A stretch of 64,000 bases of DNA from Adineta vaga (Eukaryota; Animalia; Rotifera). Positions 25,106 through 38,857 of this stretch are shown piece by piece; positions within the stretch are counted from its first letter, which is position 1, and each line of letters opens with the position of its first letter. The position numbers were made by a program, and so were the translations under genes. The notes below the pieces were generated by a model, which saw only the letters and a list, made by a program, of their open reading frames with translations, was not told the DNA's origin and made no database searches. The stretch is taken from contig CP075493.1 of the NCBI GenBank assembly GCA_021613535.1, forward strand, positions 15,996,001 to 16,060,000, written 5' to 3'.

Positions 25106-25655
25106 AGTACAAAATATGTTGTTATAGATAATGACGCGAAAATGTGAAGTACATTTCGTGGAGATTCTATCCGTACTGGATGTTCCGATCAGTTTTTGAA
25201 TCGTCAATTAAAACATGTTTTCGAACTGAAACAATTTCTTGTATCTAAAACATGATTGAAAAGTTAATTATGATATCGTTCAACGTTGATTTGGTGCAAT
25301 GAAAACTATATTGTCTCATCTGTACGATGTTAACATAAACGACAAAGTTTATCAAAAAAGTTATAATCGTACAATGACGAAATGCATTAACGGCACTGTA
25401 GTGTCGTCTATTCTGATCAATAGTAAATTAATATATGATTTCAAAAGACATATCCACCTGTAAATGTCTTTAGTTTGTTAATATTTAAGAATTTCTTAGA
25501 TAAGTGAAATGAAATGAAAATAAATAATAATTATTTGAATTTTTATGTACTTTCTTCTTATAGATTCATTTATTTCCAAAAATCATTTCATCCACACTTC
25601 ATCTGCATCATAAATATGAGAGAAGAAAGATTCATTTCACCAAGCATTTTTCCAA

Positions 25656-27226
25656 TCATTGTGATGTTACTTGTATTTTATAAGGAAATTTGATGCCATT
25701 ATTTCCAAGATCAATAAATGGCATACTGGATGGAGTTGCAGTAACAACTAAATAAACAGCTTTCTCATCTCCCTGCAAGTTCATAGTATTAGTACCTGGA
25801 AATAATAGAGGAAACAAATAAATTACAGTTATTAATGAGAAAAGAGTAAGGAGAATTCAGTAGGATTGTAATTACATACGACAAAATAGTAAGAAAATTT
25901 CGTAACAAAGAAGAAGCAAAATATCTCCTTTTAATTTAACCAATTAAACTTCGAATCACTAGACTAATTTGATTAAGATGAGTCGTTTCTTTATTGATTA
26001 TCTTAATTATGATGAAATTTGTTAAGCTTACCGCTGTTCCACATGGAAGAATATCGAGATGTTCGATCTGCTGTTGCGGTAACAATACTAACTCTCCAAT
26101 CAGCACCTGTTGCCGTACTCGTTCCTTGGAAGTTAACGGTAATGGAAGACTTATTCGGAAATGCACCCAAACGAATAACATTGTGACCTGCTTGTTGTGG
26201 AGCTTTATCATCAGGAACAACCATCCATCCGTCACTTTCATTTGTTAATGTCGTGTAAGTCTTTTGCGAATGTCCTGGTACTTTTATAAAATTATCGAAA
26301 GATTTTAAGAAAAGCTTTTTTGCCTTAAAGTCCATCGTTACCAATCTTCTAGTCACTCGACCAAGTATTTCTTTGATAGAAATACCAGTTATATTGCCAA
26401 TTTTGTCAAAAAATATTGGATCCCATTGTCGGTCAGTGAATATCTTTAACAATGTCTGGTGACTAAGTCCTTCGAGGTTTTCTGGATTTTCGCTTATGTA
26501 AAGGAAAATTGGCCATATATCGTACCAATTCTTACCACTTGGAAAATGTGATTCCCGACTTAGTAGATAGGCTGGAAAAAAGTCAGACTGAGGAGCATAG
26601 ACTGTTCCACCAAAACTATTGTATTCACTACCTAAGTATTCATTTCGCAAGTAATTTGCCATTGATTCACCCCAATTATAAGGATAAGCTCCAAGATTAT
26701 GACGAAACACTACATGTCCAAGTTCATGAGGAGGTACCCAGCTTGGTGGATCTACACGCATAGCACCTGACATCATTACCTGATAAGCAAACCCATCACC
26801 GTCTCCTCCAACATAGGCCCAACTGTCATAAATCTTTTCAAGTCCAGTAAGTGCAATGTAAAGATTCGATTTATAGAGACCAGTTATAGACGGATTTCCA
26901 GCATATCCAATATCTCCAAGACCTATTACGTCAATATAAAATGAACGAATGCTTTCAAGATTTTTTAAATTGCCTTCAACCAACGCCGAATTCACAGCTC
27001 CACTTGTATCATTATTACCCCAAATAATTTGAAAATGTTCAGATGTTGCACGATTTACTGAAGGATCATCCAAAGCATAAAGTGCATCTCTCGCTTTATA
27101 GGTCTCTTCTTTTTGTAAATTTTCACCTTTTGATGTTTTAACACGTGAAAATAAAGAAGTTGCTGACACCCAACTTGTTATATTCAATAATAGCACAATC
27201 AATAAATAAATTTTCAATATTCTCAT
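25656..27226 (-). CDS. Secreted HExxH metallopeptidase-like protein (DUF6055-like, bacterial type); 2 exons: 27226-26032 and 25795-25656
   Basis: Signal peptide, SEHFQIIWG, PPHELGH; a GT-AG intron at 26031-25796 gives an in-frame C-terminus GTNTMNLQGDEKAVYLVVTATP...FPYKIQVTSQ* (444 aa). Confidence 0.75.
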
Positions 27227-28329
27227 CGATATCAATTTGTCCTAAAACGATTTTGTTGGAAAATAAGAATTTCTCCAATAGTTAAAGATGAGATATATTT
27301 TCTATCTTTTCTAACGTACTTAATGAATTTAATAGCAAAAATTATTCTTTATTCTCTTATTCTTTGTATGTGAATGAAGAGAAATGATCAGAATTTCTAA
27401 GTTTAGAATTGTTAAGTTGTGTTGGCATATAATTACTTTCTCTTCGTTCATTTTCGAGTTTAAAAAATATTCAAAATACTGCGCGATCTTTTCTAGTCTT
27501 TTTATTTCATCCTGCTTACTTACAATTTTCAATAAAATCTTCATTTATGAATTCGATTAATTAAAGAAAACTTGTAATTATACTTACATGTTCATATTTA
27601 CTGATATAAAACTATTCTACTCAAATGATGTCTTAGTCGCATAACTTGCAATGCGAAAATGTTAATTTTTCTTTTTTTTCATGACAATAAAATATTTCTG
27701 CGTTGACTTTCTAGATTTTACTCTCATCCTTTGTTTTCTTTTTCTTTCTTAGTCATATGAGGAGAAATATAATATATTTTCATACTATTGAAATTAAAAA
27801 TACACATCACGTAATTCTAAGTGCATTCAATATTTAAATAAAAACTATTTTGCAGTGATGTGATCCTTATAATGTACTTTTAAGTGGATTCGATGTGGTG
27901 CTAAAAATATGACAACCCTTTTTAAATTTAAATTTATTTTCTCTTTTTCTTCTTCTTCTTCTTCTTCTTCTTTCTTATTGCTCACTAAATAGAACATTTT
28001 TTCTTCTGATGAGTGTATCAATATCAATACTTTCACAAAGAGTTTTTCTACAATAACTAAGAATTGAAATCATAGTTCTCTCAAATAAAAAAAGAATGTC
28101 TTATGTATAAATACCCAATAACAGAAAAATTTCAAGGTTTATTGATTTAACGTTTTATTTCAGAATATAATGTCTGAGATAAAATACAGATGGTGAATAG
28201 AAATATATTTTATTATGATGTTCTTACAAATCTAAGTACATTTTATATCAACATTCATTTTTTTGGTGCCTAAACCAACTGTTTAAGATTCCCTTCGCCC
28301 ATTTTATATCAACATTCTATTTATTCCAA

Positions 28330-28700
28330 AGATAAATATTCAACATGTAGATGATGCCGCCTCCGAAATTTCTCAGCTGCAATTTATTTTGCAGATTTGA
28401 ATTTTTTTCTGTTTAAAAAAGAATTTCAAAAATCTATCCTTTCTTTTCAGAATCTATTTTACACATAAAAAGTTTAAAAAACTTGCAGTAATAGTTAGAA
28501 GTTTTTCAGAGATTTTTTTAAAGTATTTTTCTATGGAAAATAGATTCTGAAAAGGAAAAGAGAGATTTTTGAGAAAAGTGTTCTATTAAATTGAAGATTT
28601 GGATATGCTCTTTTAAACGCAAACAGAAATTACGTCTGCAAAATGAGCAGTAGTTGAGAAATTTGGGATGTGACATCATTTACGTGTTCAATCTGTATCT
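28330..28700. mobile_element. Degenerate foldback/MITE-like inverted repeat
   Basis: AACATGTAGATGATG..AAATTTCTCAGCT..TTTTGCAGA is mirrored by TCTGCAAAA..AGTTGAGAAATTT..CATCATTTACGTGTT. Confidence 0.6.
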
Positions 28701-30005
28701 CTAAAAATCTTTGAGCAATCGAGCTAAAAATGTTACCACGACATATCTACTATAACCTCCAACATATCATCCAAATTTCATTAAATTTACTTGCTTCTAG
28801 TTAGAATTTTGTTTGAGGTGGAGAGGGGGTGGAACTTAACGTACTGTACTGGAAGAAAATATAAAACTGTTGAAAATAAAAAGTGTACATTTCTATTGGC
28901 AGATCTATTAGTTCAAGTCTAATTAGCGACGCTCTATGAAGAGACAAAATAGTAAAGCGTACCTTTTTATCGATGCTTGACCACTGATGATGTTTTCTTG
29001 GAGAAGAATGGCGATATGTATGAGAATATATACCGGGAGACAGATGTACTTTTTCTGCGCAAAAATGTCCATCTGTCATTTTTCTCACGTCTCTATTTAT
29101 TACTTTGATTTTTTCTTCTTTTCTTTACGTCCATATTATTGAGTTAGGCCAGCAATGTACTCAGATTTAGCGCCCAAGACAAAGCTTCGAGAAACAAATC
29201 CAGCTGCAAAAAGTTCCGACTCCTCATACGAATATAAATATTTTCTATCAATTAATAATACAGGGATGCCGCTATATCCTCCACCCCACCTAAAATAAAT
29301 TGCATGTTACAATGAGTGTACTTATCGATATTGATTCAAATAAGTATTGCCTTTTGTTCATGTAATTATATTCACAGGTACGCGTACCTTAAAACTTGAT
29401 GCCAACGTTGTCACCAGTTTCTTTTTCCATCTACATGAGAAACTTTTTACTATACCACAATGTTTTGTTTGGACAATTGAAATTATTCAAGATTACTTCT
29501 TCTTTCGTCTCATCTTCTCCATTTATTTTCCAATTTCTAAATGATTCAAATGTTTTCCCCAAAAACATTTTCCTAGAATCATTTTTTTTTTTATGGTTAT
29601 TTAGTATGTCTTTCACTTTTCTGAGCTTTTCATCTTCCACAAGGAAAACGAAGTTCTATTAGATCATCTCCGATGACACAAAGCCTTTTTTGGAAACACA
29701 TTTTCTTAGATGTCAGAGTAAGTTTTGACGTTTTTAAACAGTATTCGATTCATATATGAGTTACATGCATTCTTTAAAATGAATTATTTCTTGGAATAGA
29801 GAGATTGCCTTTACAAATATACCAATTAGTGGCTTTTATTCCGCTAATGACTTACTTCCTCATGATCCTTCAGGTTCCAAAAAACTTTGTAGAGTCCGGA
29901 GAATCAGGCCCCGCTTTCCCCCTCATCCACACCCACCCTCATCACCCCCAAAAAGAATACACCATGAGCCGCTATAGACAAAATTCTAACCAAATAAAAA
30001 GGACT

Positions 30006-30052
30006 AGGGTGTGGGTCTCTTGTATTTATACTCACTGCACACCCTCAAGATG
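30006..30052. repeat. Telomere-like inverted linker (two-armed); a further C-rich half-site lies at 29927-29941
   Basis: AGGGTGTGGGT, 20 nt spacer, then GCACACCCTCAAGATG. Confidence 0.9.
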
Positions 30053-30912
30053 CTACCTGTTAGTCAGTCACTAAGAAATGGGCAAACATTTTGTACGAAG
30101 AGTTTCTTAACATAGATTATCCATGTAATGAGAAACGCTGGCGGATTTAGGAAAGTGGTTATCACCCTCTCTTTCTCTTCAAAGAAAATTTTTTGATTTT
30201 TTCAAGCAAAACCAAACGAAAAATGGGTTTTCACCAACTCGGATAAGACTGAAAAGGCAATTTTTATCTAAAATTGCTCATCCCTCTTCCAAAATCCTCG
30301 ATCCAACATTGTTGAGAATATTACAAAATCTAGAGAATGTACCTTGTTTGACGCATACTCAATTTTTATGACATTTAAGAGAAAATTGTTAAGAAAGCAA
30401 ATCAATTAATTAGTTTTAAGATTTTCAAACTTTCTTTTGTCAACCTTTGTTTTTACCATTTGAAAATAAAACTCAATTTCTTTTCCGAGATTATGCGAAA
30501 AGATGAACCAGTTGATGATATTTGAAGAAATTATTTATTAATTTGATGTTTTTTTTTTTAAAGAAATATGATATCATCATAATTCTTAAATCAATAATAA
30601 CAATCGATGAATAAAATGTAAGCAACAAGACACATGAGAATACAAATAACAAAGTTTTTCTTCATTCATTCAAAAATGTAATAAAATATGAAGTACATCG
30701 AATACAAAAGCACAACAAATTTTAAGCGATATAAAAATAGATTTTATAAAATAATTAGAATGCAGAAAATAAGATATGTCTATAAAGATATTAGAAATAC
30801 ATTTTTAATCTATATAAGAACGCAAGAGAAAAATATATTGTTATATTTAATCTGTGTTGCTGCATGACACGTGCGTTTTGATTATATTTTATGCAAAAGC
30901 GAAAGGAATAAC

Positions 30913-30975
30913 CATCTTGAGGATGTGCGTGTAGATGCGCTTACAAGAGCTATACTCTTAACCCACACCCTCAAG
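30913..30975. repeat. Telomere-like inverted linker (two-armed)
   Basis: CATCTTGAGGATGTGCGTGT, spacer ending CTATACTCTTA, then ACCCACACCCTCAAG. Confidence 0.9.
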
Positions 30976-31236
30976 TAAACAATCATTTATTTACAATATC
31001 AACAATGTAGTGTGTGTATTTCATGACGTTACATATGTCCTTGACTAAAACGTCATTATTACTCATCAGTTATGATATAAAAAAACAAAACATTTACACA
31101 TTGTTTTTTTTTTCGTATTTATCCATCGTACTGATTGATACGATATACAATATAGCTGACTATAGTGTTAATTAGTGCACTGTTAACTAAACTATTCAGT
31201 TCGTTATTGACGAGTCAACACAATAATTAAGAAAAC

Positions 31237-32019
31237 ATGGTTCAAGAAGATCGTGATCTTGTTTATACATATAATACACAAAATCAACGAAATACATTAG
31301 ATGTTTATTATCCTAATCAAAATTTCCAAAGTGATGTTTTAGTTTTTATCTATGGTGGTGCTTGGGAAAGTGGAAGTAAAGGTACTTATAAATATCTTGG
31401 ACGAAATTTTGCTCGAAAAGGTGTAGTTACAGTAATTCCTGATTATAATTTATCGCCAAATTCAATTTTCAGTATGGTTGAAGAATGTACTGCTGCTATC
31501 ATGTGGGTCTATCAAAATATAGCAGCTTATGGTGGAAATCCTAATCGAATCTTTGTAATGGGTCATTCAGCAGGTGGTCATATGATTGCATTGCTCAATT
31601 CTGATCCACGATATTTTCGTCCATATGGTATAAGAAATCCAATTTATGGACTTATTTTACTTGATGCATTTGGTCTTGATATGTATGAATATTTAACTAT
31701 GCCATCATCGAGAAATGATAGATATTATAATACATTTATACAAGTATTTTCTTCTGATTCACGAAATTGGAAACGAGCATCACCAATGCGTTATTCGAGA
31801 AATATAAGAAATCCTCAATTGATTTTAATTGGTGAACGAACTTATCCAACAATTCAAACGCAAAATCGACGTTTATATGGAAAATTAATGAGTTCTCAAC
31901 AAGTACCTATCGAATTCCATGAAATCCCACGAAGAAGTCATACACAAATGGTTTCCTATATGTATTTTAGTCGAAATCAACAATATGATATAATTTTAAA
32001 TTTTATGAATAGATATTAA
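31237..32019 (+). CDS. Alpha/beta hydrolase (esterase/arylformamidase-like), bacterial type
   Basis: LDVYYP, VFIYGGAW oxyanion motif, GHSAG nucleophile elbow, C-terminal His; intronless ORF. Confidence 0.85.
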   Translation: MVQEDRDLVYTYNTQNQRNTLDVYYPNQNFQSDVLVFIYGGAWESGSKGTYKYLGRNFARKGVVTVIPDYNLSPNSIFSMVEECTAAIMWVYQNIAAYGGNPNRIFVMGHSAGGHMIALLNSDPRYFRPYGIRNPIYGLILLDAFGLDMYEYLTMPSSRNDRYYNTFIQVFSSDSRNWKRASPMRYSRNIRNPQLILIGERTYPTIQTQNRRLYGKLMSSQQVPIEFHEIPRRSHTQMVSYMYFSRNQQYDIILNFMNRY

Positions 32020-33995
32020 AATCTTGAGTGGTTCTCTTTGATTTAGGTATAGCAAAGTTTTCCCATACTAACTTCGTCATATGTTCAGTTCAGTATTTTC
32101 ATTTCACAATATTCTTTTATTAAAAGATATTAAAACAAAACCATGAATTAGTTACTCAAGGCATGAAACATAGATAAATCGTTTTCATTAATTTCTATTA
32201 ATATTTTAATTGCATTGTCATCAGCATGTGGTGCTTTCATTTCTACAATGAGATCTGAACTTCCATCTTTATTTGGAAGTTGTTGTTCTTTTAGTTTTTG
32301 CTGATAATAAACTTAGTGTATAACATGAGTTAAACGACCAACAAATGCTACTTCAGCTGTAGCAAGTCTATCTACTGCTTCTTGATAACCATAATTAGAA
32401 CAACCATCGTATTGTTTCAAATACAAGCATATTTCGTTCTTTTTAATGATCACATGGTGAATCCATACGGTATAACGATTTATTTGTAAACAAAGGCAAT
32501 AATTGTCCTTGATATGTATAATAAGGAATATAGTCGCTATTGGATTATTTGTAAAAATGTTGTATTATTCAGTATAAAGAGACACATTATTCGATTGAAT
32601 TTCCTTGGAAAAAGACTTTTCTACGAAGCCAAGGTTATCAGTCGCGAATAACAACATTGAGTAAGATCAACATTGACATACTATTGAAAAAAAGAATAAT
32701 GCAAGGTAATTTGATAATTGAATAGATATGATGAATATAATTTGTTTATTTAGAATAACAACAGTAGAACGGATAAGTTATGGATTAGGTTTAAAGATAC
32801 GAAATTTAACGCAAAATGAACAAGAAACTAAAAAAATGTATAGGTTTGGAACAGAATGGACGATCGATTTCGAATACTTTACAAATTGATGTAAAAGGTG
32901 GTTCAATTTTATTTCTCTTATTCAAATAGCTTCGTATTTTTATTTTCATAGTTCCAATAACTTTTCTTAGTGAATCAAAAGATTATCCAATTCAAGTTAT
33001 TCTTGCATGTATGTTTGTTTGTATCATCAAACTTAAGTTTTTTATGTTGAAAAAACATTTTTAGAACCGATTTCATCAAAAGTATAAGTTTTCATGTGAT
33101 TAATATTGTAGTTCTACTTCAATTATCATCGATTTCTTCAACAGAAATTAGTACTGATGACAAATTTTCAGCACAACATGTGACGTTTTCTTGTCGTGTT
33201 CAACGTGGTTCATCAACTATTGCTCAACTTCTTGTTAAATGTAATGCCTTTCATCATGTTCTTCTTTTGCTATTTTATTCTTTCATTATTATTGAAGATC
33301 AACCAAAATTTCAAAATCCAAAACTTTCTCATATATTCAGTGCATCAAATCATCCAGGTAACGAACTTTTCTTTCATTGTTTTAATAAAGAGAATTTATT
33401 GATTTTGGAGGTGTTGATGTAGTTGTAGGTGTATCCACGTTATCAAGCACATTCATAGCTTCTTGACGATCTGAAAATCGCTTTTTCGAAAATATTATAA
33501 ATTCAAAGGCCAAAACCATCGAGATATTTTGACATTTCAATCCGTCGAAAAAAACTTCAACATTCAAATAAATCTCATTAAAATCCATTTTATCATAAAC
33601 GGATCAATAGCTCGGATGCAAATAAATAAAACATCTTCACATTTATGCATACTAAAATAAAATGTGTCGTAGAGAAAAGTCTATTATGGATTTTGAATCG
33701 TAGGGTATTCTGGATTAAAATGTGAAACACGATGTATCCGCTGTTGTCTTCATGAATCTTTTGGTTTTTTTTTCAATATTTTATTGTTATTCAAATTAGT
33801 AGTGAAACAAGAACATAAAAAGCTTTTAGTTATTTTGTTTTCATTGATGTATATTTTTATAACTACTAAGTGAAAGTGATGATAGAATGTATGACGCACG
33901 TGCAAAACCACATGTGGATATATATTCTTGTAAGTCTCCGATTGAGATGAGCATGCGATCGCTCGTAATTAGTGTTTAATTCGATTCATGATACA

Positions 33996-34868
33996 TTAAA
34001 ATTTGGAGATTCTAATAATGAATTGTTTCAGGATTGTACGTACTGGCTGATTAGTAAATATTAACAATAATACATCACAAAGCAGAGTTAATGGTGGTAA
34101 GATCAGGAAACACTGGTTTAAAATGGTCGGAACAGAAGCACTTTCGTTGAATAATTGTATAATAAGAGAAGGACTCCATCCCACTATAAACGCGATAAAA
34201 GTACCGATCGTTAGTTTGACTAAGAACACATCACGTTTATCTGATACTTGACCACCCGTGCCTGTAGCATGTACTCGACGTGTGGAATTACGTACAAATA
34301 TAAGAGTGCGAGCATTGTATATGGTAACGATAATGATCGGCAAGAATAGAATAGTGATCAGAGTATAATACGGTAAAATAGTTGCTTCTGCTGAAGTAAA
34401 ACATAAAAACCCATCTACAAATAAGTATGGAAGAGCAACAAGACAAGCAACAACCCATCCCATAATGATACAACACCAAAGACATAGATTTGAACGAAAA
34501 ATAAGTTTATGTGCATAAACAATCGCCAGGAATCTACTAATAGCCAATACACTATGTGCATACATCAATTGACATGCCGCCATACCAATCAAAAAAGTTT
34601 GAATGCGACAAGAGAAGTCATTGAATGTATTCAATAGTTGTCGAACATTCATCATTAACATCATAACACTGAACCATGCACTCGTGAGACAAACATTGAG
34701 TGTGAACCAATTTAATTTGTTGTTACGAAGTTTTGGCTGAATTAGTATGAGAACTGTGTAAACAATAGCAAGAATAACTACGAGCGAATATAGTGATATC
34801 TCAGCGATAGAAGAAAAAGAAGATCCATTGATATTGGAAGTAGACGCATCGTCAGAGTTATTCATCAT
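33996..34868 (-). CDS. Orphan rhodopsin-like 7TM GPCR
   Basis: Seven hydrophobic segments, SRFLAIVY (DRY-like), GWSP in TM6, N-glycosylation sites at the N-terminus. Confidence 0.8.
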   Translation of the reverse strand: MMNNSDDASTSNINGSSFSSIAEISLYSLVVILAIVYTVLILIQPKLRNNKLNWFTLNVCLTSAWFSVMMLMMNVRQLLNTFNDFSCRIQTFLIGMAACQLMYAHSVLAISRFLAIVYAHKLIFRSNLCLWCCIIMGWVVACLVALPYLFVDGFLCFTSAEATILPYYTLITILFLPIIIVTIYNARTLIFVRNSTRRVHATGTGGQVSDKRDVFLVKLTIGTFIAFIVGWSPSLIIQLFNESASVPTILNQCFLILPPLTLLCDVLLLIFTNQPVRTILKQFIIRISKF

Positions 34869-35687
34869 TAGTATTACCAAGAAATGAAAGATTGACTAGC
34901 GGCAAACAACATGTTGTAATGATGAATCATTTGCTTGTTGAACTATATAATTTGAATGAATATCTAAAATTAGTTTTCCGTTATTTATTAGAAGAGATAA
35001 TGGAATATCAATATCAAAACAGATTTCTCAGTAACTAAGACAACATTAAAATAACTTTGTGATGACTATAAAATAGAATTAAAAAGAGCTATGAGGAATA
35101 TTAATGATGAGAGCTTCATGCTAGAATAACTCGCTTTGTACATGATATAAAATGTCGTATTTTACATCGTTTCATAGAAAAAAGAATATTTTTTTCTACT
35201 CTCATACTCTCTTTCCTTTATTGTAGTATAATGGAACAAAAAATAATAATGAGAGCTCTAAACTTTGATTCAATGGATGTATTCACTTCAATTTTTTTCA
35301 TAGAAAAATGAATTTCTAAATATGAAAAAATGCAAGATAGTATAGAATAAAAATTACACTATGCTACTATTATGCGATGATTTAAAACAATGTGCGCGAC
35401 CGAATTGTTTACAGTAACATCTTCTAATACAAAAGAAACCATCATAAAGGAGAAAATTACATAAATAAAAAAAAAACAAATTTGTAAATATTAAATCTTA
35501 ATACACAATCAAATCACAATTATATATATTCTGATTGACAAAAACATAAACTATCTGATAATTATGAACGTTAAAATATATCTTCATCATAATCATCCGC
35601 TTGCATTTCTCAATTGTCTCCACGTCATCATATTCTTTTTTTCGTTTGTCAGTTTCATTCTGATGATCTTTTCTGACTTGACACGCT

Positions 35688-35742
35688 ATCTTGAGGATGT
35701 GGGTGCGGTGAATGAGAATTATGTTCACACCCACACACTCAA
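35688..35742. repeat. Telomere-like inverted linker (two-armed)
   Basis: ATCTTGAGGATGTGGGTGCGGTG, 15 nt spacer, then CACACCCACACACTCAA. Confidence 0.85.
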
Positions 35743-35919
35743 CTTTCAAACAATATTAACTTTACAAACAGTAGTATATTAGTCGATATACGTATTTTAT
35801 TTGAAAATTAATCGATCATCTTTAGTGACATATTTTCAACTATCTTATATAACATCAAAATCGACGGATGTGAACGAGAGTGATTGTACCTTCTTCACCA
35901 TTACCCACACTTTTTTTTA

Positions 35920-38857
35920 TTAAACAGTTGTTTCTATTACAGTTATAGTCGGAATATCCGTTGATAGTTGTTCTGATGGTGGATTGACATAAACAAATCG
36001 TTGAATAATATGTTTTCTTCGTTTTACCATTAGTTTTTCTTGTCGAATTCGTTTTCGTTCTTCAGCGACTGGATCAATTCCAAAGCCATATTTTAATATA
36101 TCCATAATTATAATAAATAGAGCAACAGTTATCATAGCAATAATTGCAATATAAGAGAAAGATTTTGAAATCATTTTAAAAATAATAATGTTTTTTAATG
36201 TTATTTCACAATGACGACCAACATAATAATTATTACCAAGACATTCACATGTATAATTGAGTAATAATGGTCGACAAACACCATTATTCAAGCATGTAAC
36301 ATTTTTAAAATTACAATAATTAATCATTGACTCACAATGGATACCTTGCCAACCATCATTACATGTACAATTAAATGTTTTTGACAATATTTCAAAACAT
36401 TTACCTATGAATTAGATTATCATTTTTTAAAAGAAAAAGAAAGTATATAAGTAGGTACCATGATTTAGACAGGTATGTGATTTACAAAGTTGATGATTAA
36501 ATTCACAATAAGTACCATTGAAACCGGGTGAACAGGAACAATTAAAATCAAGAGTTTCATTGTTTATACTGATACATGTACCATTATTTTGACATGGGTT
36601 AGATACGTTACATATATTATTTGAAATATTACAATTAGAACCAATATAGGCAGTGCTATTACATTGCTTAGGAATAAAAGTTAATATTGATTGTCTAACT
36701 AAAAAGAAAATAAAGATAATAAAAAAAGTTGAAAAAAACACACTAACTTGTAGTTTCTCTTATTGTTGTGGTGAGATATGTTGTCGAATCTATGAAATAC
36801 AAATATTTAATTTCTATGCAACAAATTATAAAGAAATTAATATAGTTACGGAATAGTTCAACTGATGAAGTTGATGCAGATATTGCTTTGGAATCAGACG
36901 TAGATAAAGTGTTTGTCGAACTTTCACCTACAAATAGGAATCAAAATAATAAAATTGATCAAATTGAGGGTGTGGATGTGAAAGAAGAGGTACCTACACC
37001 CACACCCTCAACAATCTCAGAAAAATACCTGTTTCTTCAAAATTATCTTGATGAACTGTTGACAAAATAGTTGTTGGTATAGTATTTTGTGTGATTGATG
37101 TTGTTATTTGATGTGATGACACACTTTCATCTAAAATAAAAGTCAAGTTAACCCGTTGAATATTATCGACATCTATAGGCGGCAGAGAAATTCTTATGAA
37201 AAAAATGAAAAAATATACTTTCTGTGTTATGTTTTTTCCATAAATAATAAATCATTTGGAAGATCTTATAACATTTTAAGAAGTTTTCTGACTCGAAATT
37301 ATTCTACTATAATAGTATTTTTCTGTATCCACTGTATTTTCATTCATATCCGATAAAGATTTATGTCCTAAGCAGTGCTTCTGAATTGCTACTTATTGTT
37401 TCAGAAAGTATGTCAGGTTCATGATATATATATATATATATATATCAACAAAAGATTTATTAGTTTTAAATACCTAGAAATTTATAAAATCTCAGGAAAA
37501 AAGTGTGAGAATTTTTGATAGAAGGAGCTCTAATGCTTATAGAGCTACCCTTTCCTTTATTTCTTCATATCATATATTGTATCGTTCTCACGCAAAACAG
37601 TCACTTATATACCCTTCCGAAAGAGAAAAGGACAAATGATAATAAGGACAGGATACAAAATAAGCACAAAATGCAAAATGAAGACAAATATAAAGATGTG
37701 ACGCTTTTCATTGATTCGTCAGAAAAAGGTTTTTAGTTCGCGAAAAAAAACTTAACAGTTAAGGGGTTAATGAAAATCTATTCTATTATAGAAATACTTA
37801 CTGCAAGTATTTGCAATTAAAGCAAACATTTTAATAGGTTTATCACTTATGTCACTGACAAAAATATTTCCTTCTTTATTGAAAGCAAGAGAATTTGGAT
37901 GAATGAATTGATTAGCTGCTGAACCCTGTGACTGAGAACATCCAAATAAACATTGAAAACCAGTCTGCCCTAATTTAATAATACGATTATTGTCTCGATC
38001 TGCAATGAATAAATTATCATCCATGTCAATAATGACTGCAACTGGACCATTGAGTCCAATATTGTTTGTCACTGTTTTTCCTGTCACAGTTATGCCGTTC
38101 ATTTCTTCGGGTGGAAAACACTGAATTCTGTGATTTCCATAATCTGCTACATATAAAGTGAGATTAGGATGAACATATATTCCAAAAGGACTATTCAATT
38201 TATCTAATGTATTTCCATAGTCGCTATGTTTGCCTGCAACAGTTATCGATTGACTTTCACTATCATTGAGTGATATTTTTTCCACTATATGAAGGTCATG
38301 GACAGAACAGTAAAGCATATTATTTATATCAATAAAAAGGCCATAACATCGTCCACTGACAGTTGCTGCCTTACTACTATTGTATGATTTTAATATCCAC
38401 TTGTCTATTCGCTTATTATTACCATTGTCAATATAAACATCACCATTTATTGTTACGAACAAACTGCTCGGATTATTTCCATCAGGATCAAGCTGTATGA
38501 ATTGCATATCTCCTTGGAACCAAACAAAAAGACGATGTTTGTCAAAATCAGTCACGTAAATAGTATTGTTAATACTAACAAAAATAATATTGCGTGCGTT
38601 CGAAATCAGCGATCGGTTTGCAAAAGTTGTGGCATTCGGATTCCAAGTTGCATTCGGACAAAATTTAGGTCGATTGTAAGAAAGAGCTAAAAAAGAAAAT
38701 AAATATTATTACAAACATTACATTTTGTTTCGATAAAAAAAGTATCTATTGATGTAAATTCTAAAAAACTCTCTTCAAGAATTAATATTTTACCTGATTC
38801 TCCATTAACAAATAATTGAATAATTACTGTTAAAATGATAAAATGAATTAAAAACAT
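35920..38857 (-). CDS. Multi-exon type I membrane protein: signal peptide, NHL repeats, S/T-rich stalk, EGF repeats, TM
   Basis: ATG at 38857 (MFLIHFIILTVIIQ); NHL exon ~38686-37800 read continuously; small S/T exons; EGF exons (CQNNGTC, CLNNGVC); TM SYIAIIAMITVALFIII. Exon boundaries only partly resolved. Confidence 0.75.
36964..37011. repeat. Telomere-like inverted linker inside a predicted intron
   Basis: TTGAGGGTGTGGATGTG, 11 nt spacer, then ACCTACACCCACACCCTCAA. Confidence 0.9.

Noticed and set aside
29100-29700. Possible degraded gene on the minus strand (similar cases at 32150-33600, 39400-39800, 60830-61750, 63500-64000)
   Set aside because: Coding-like patches with stops and frameshifts; no family could be assigned by eye.
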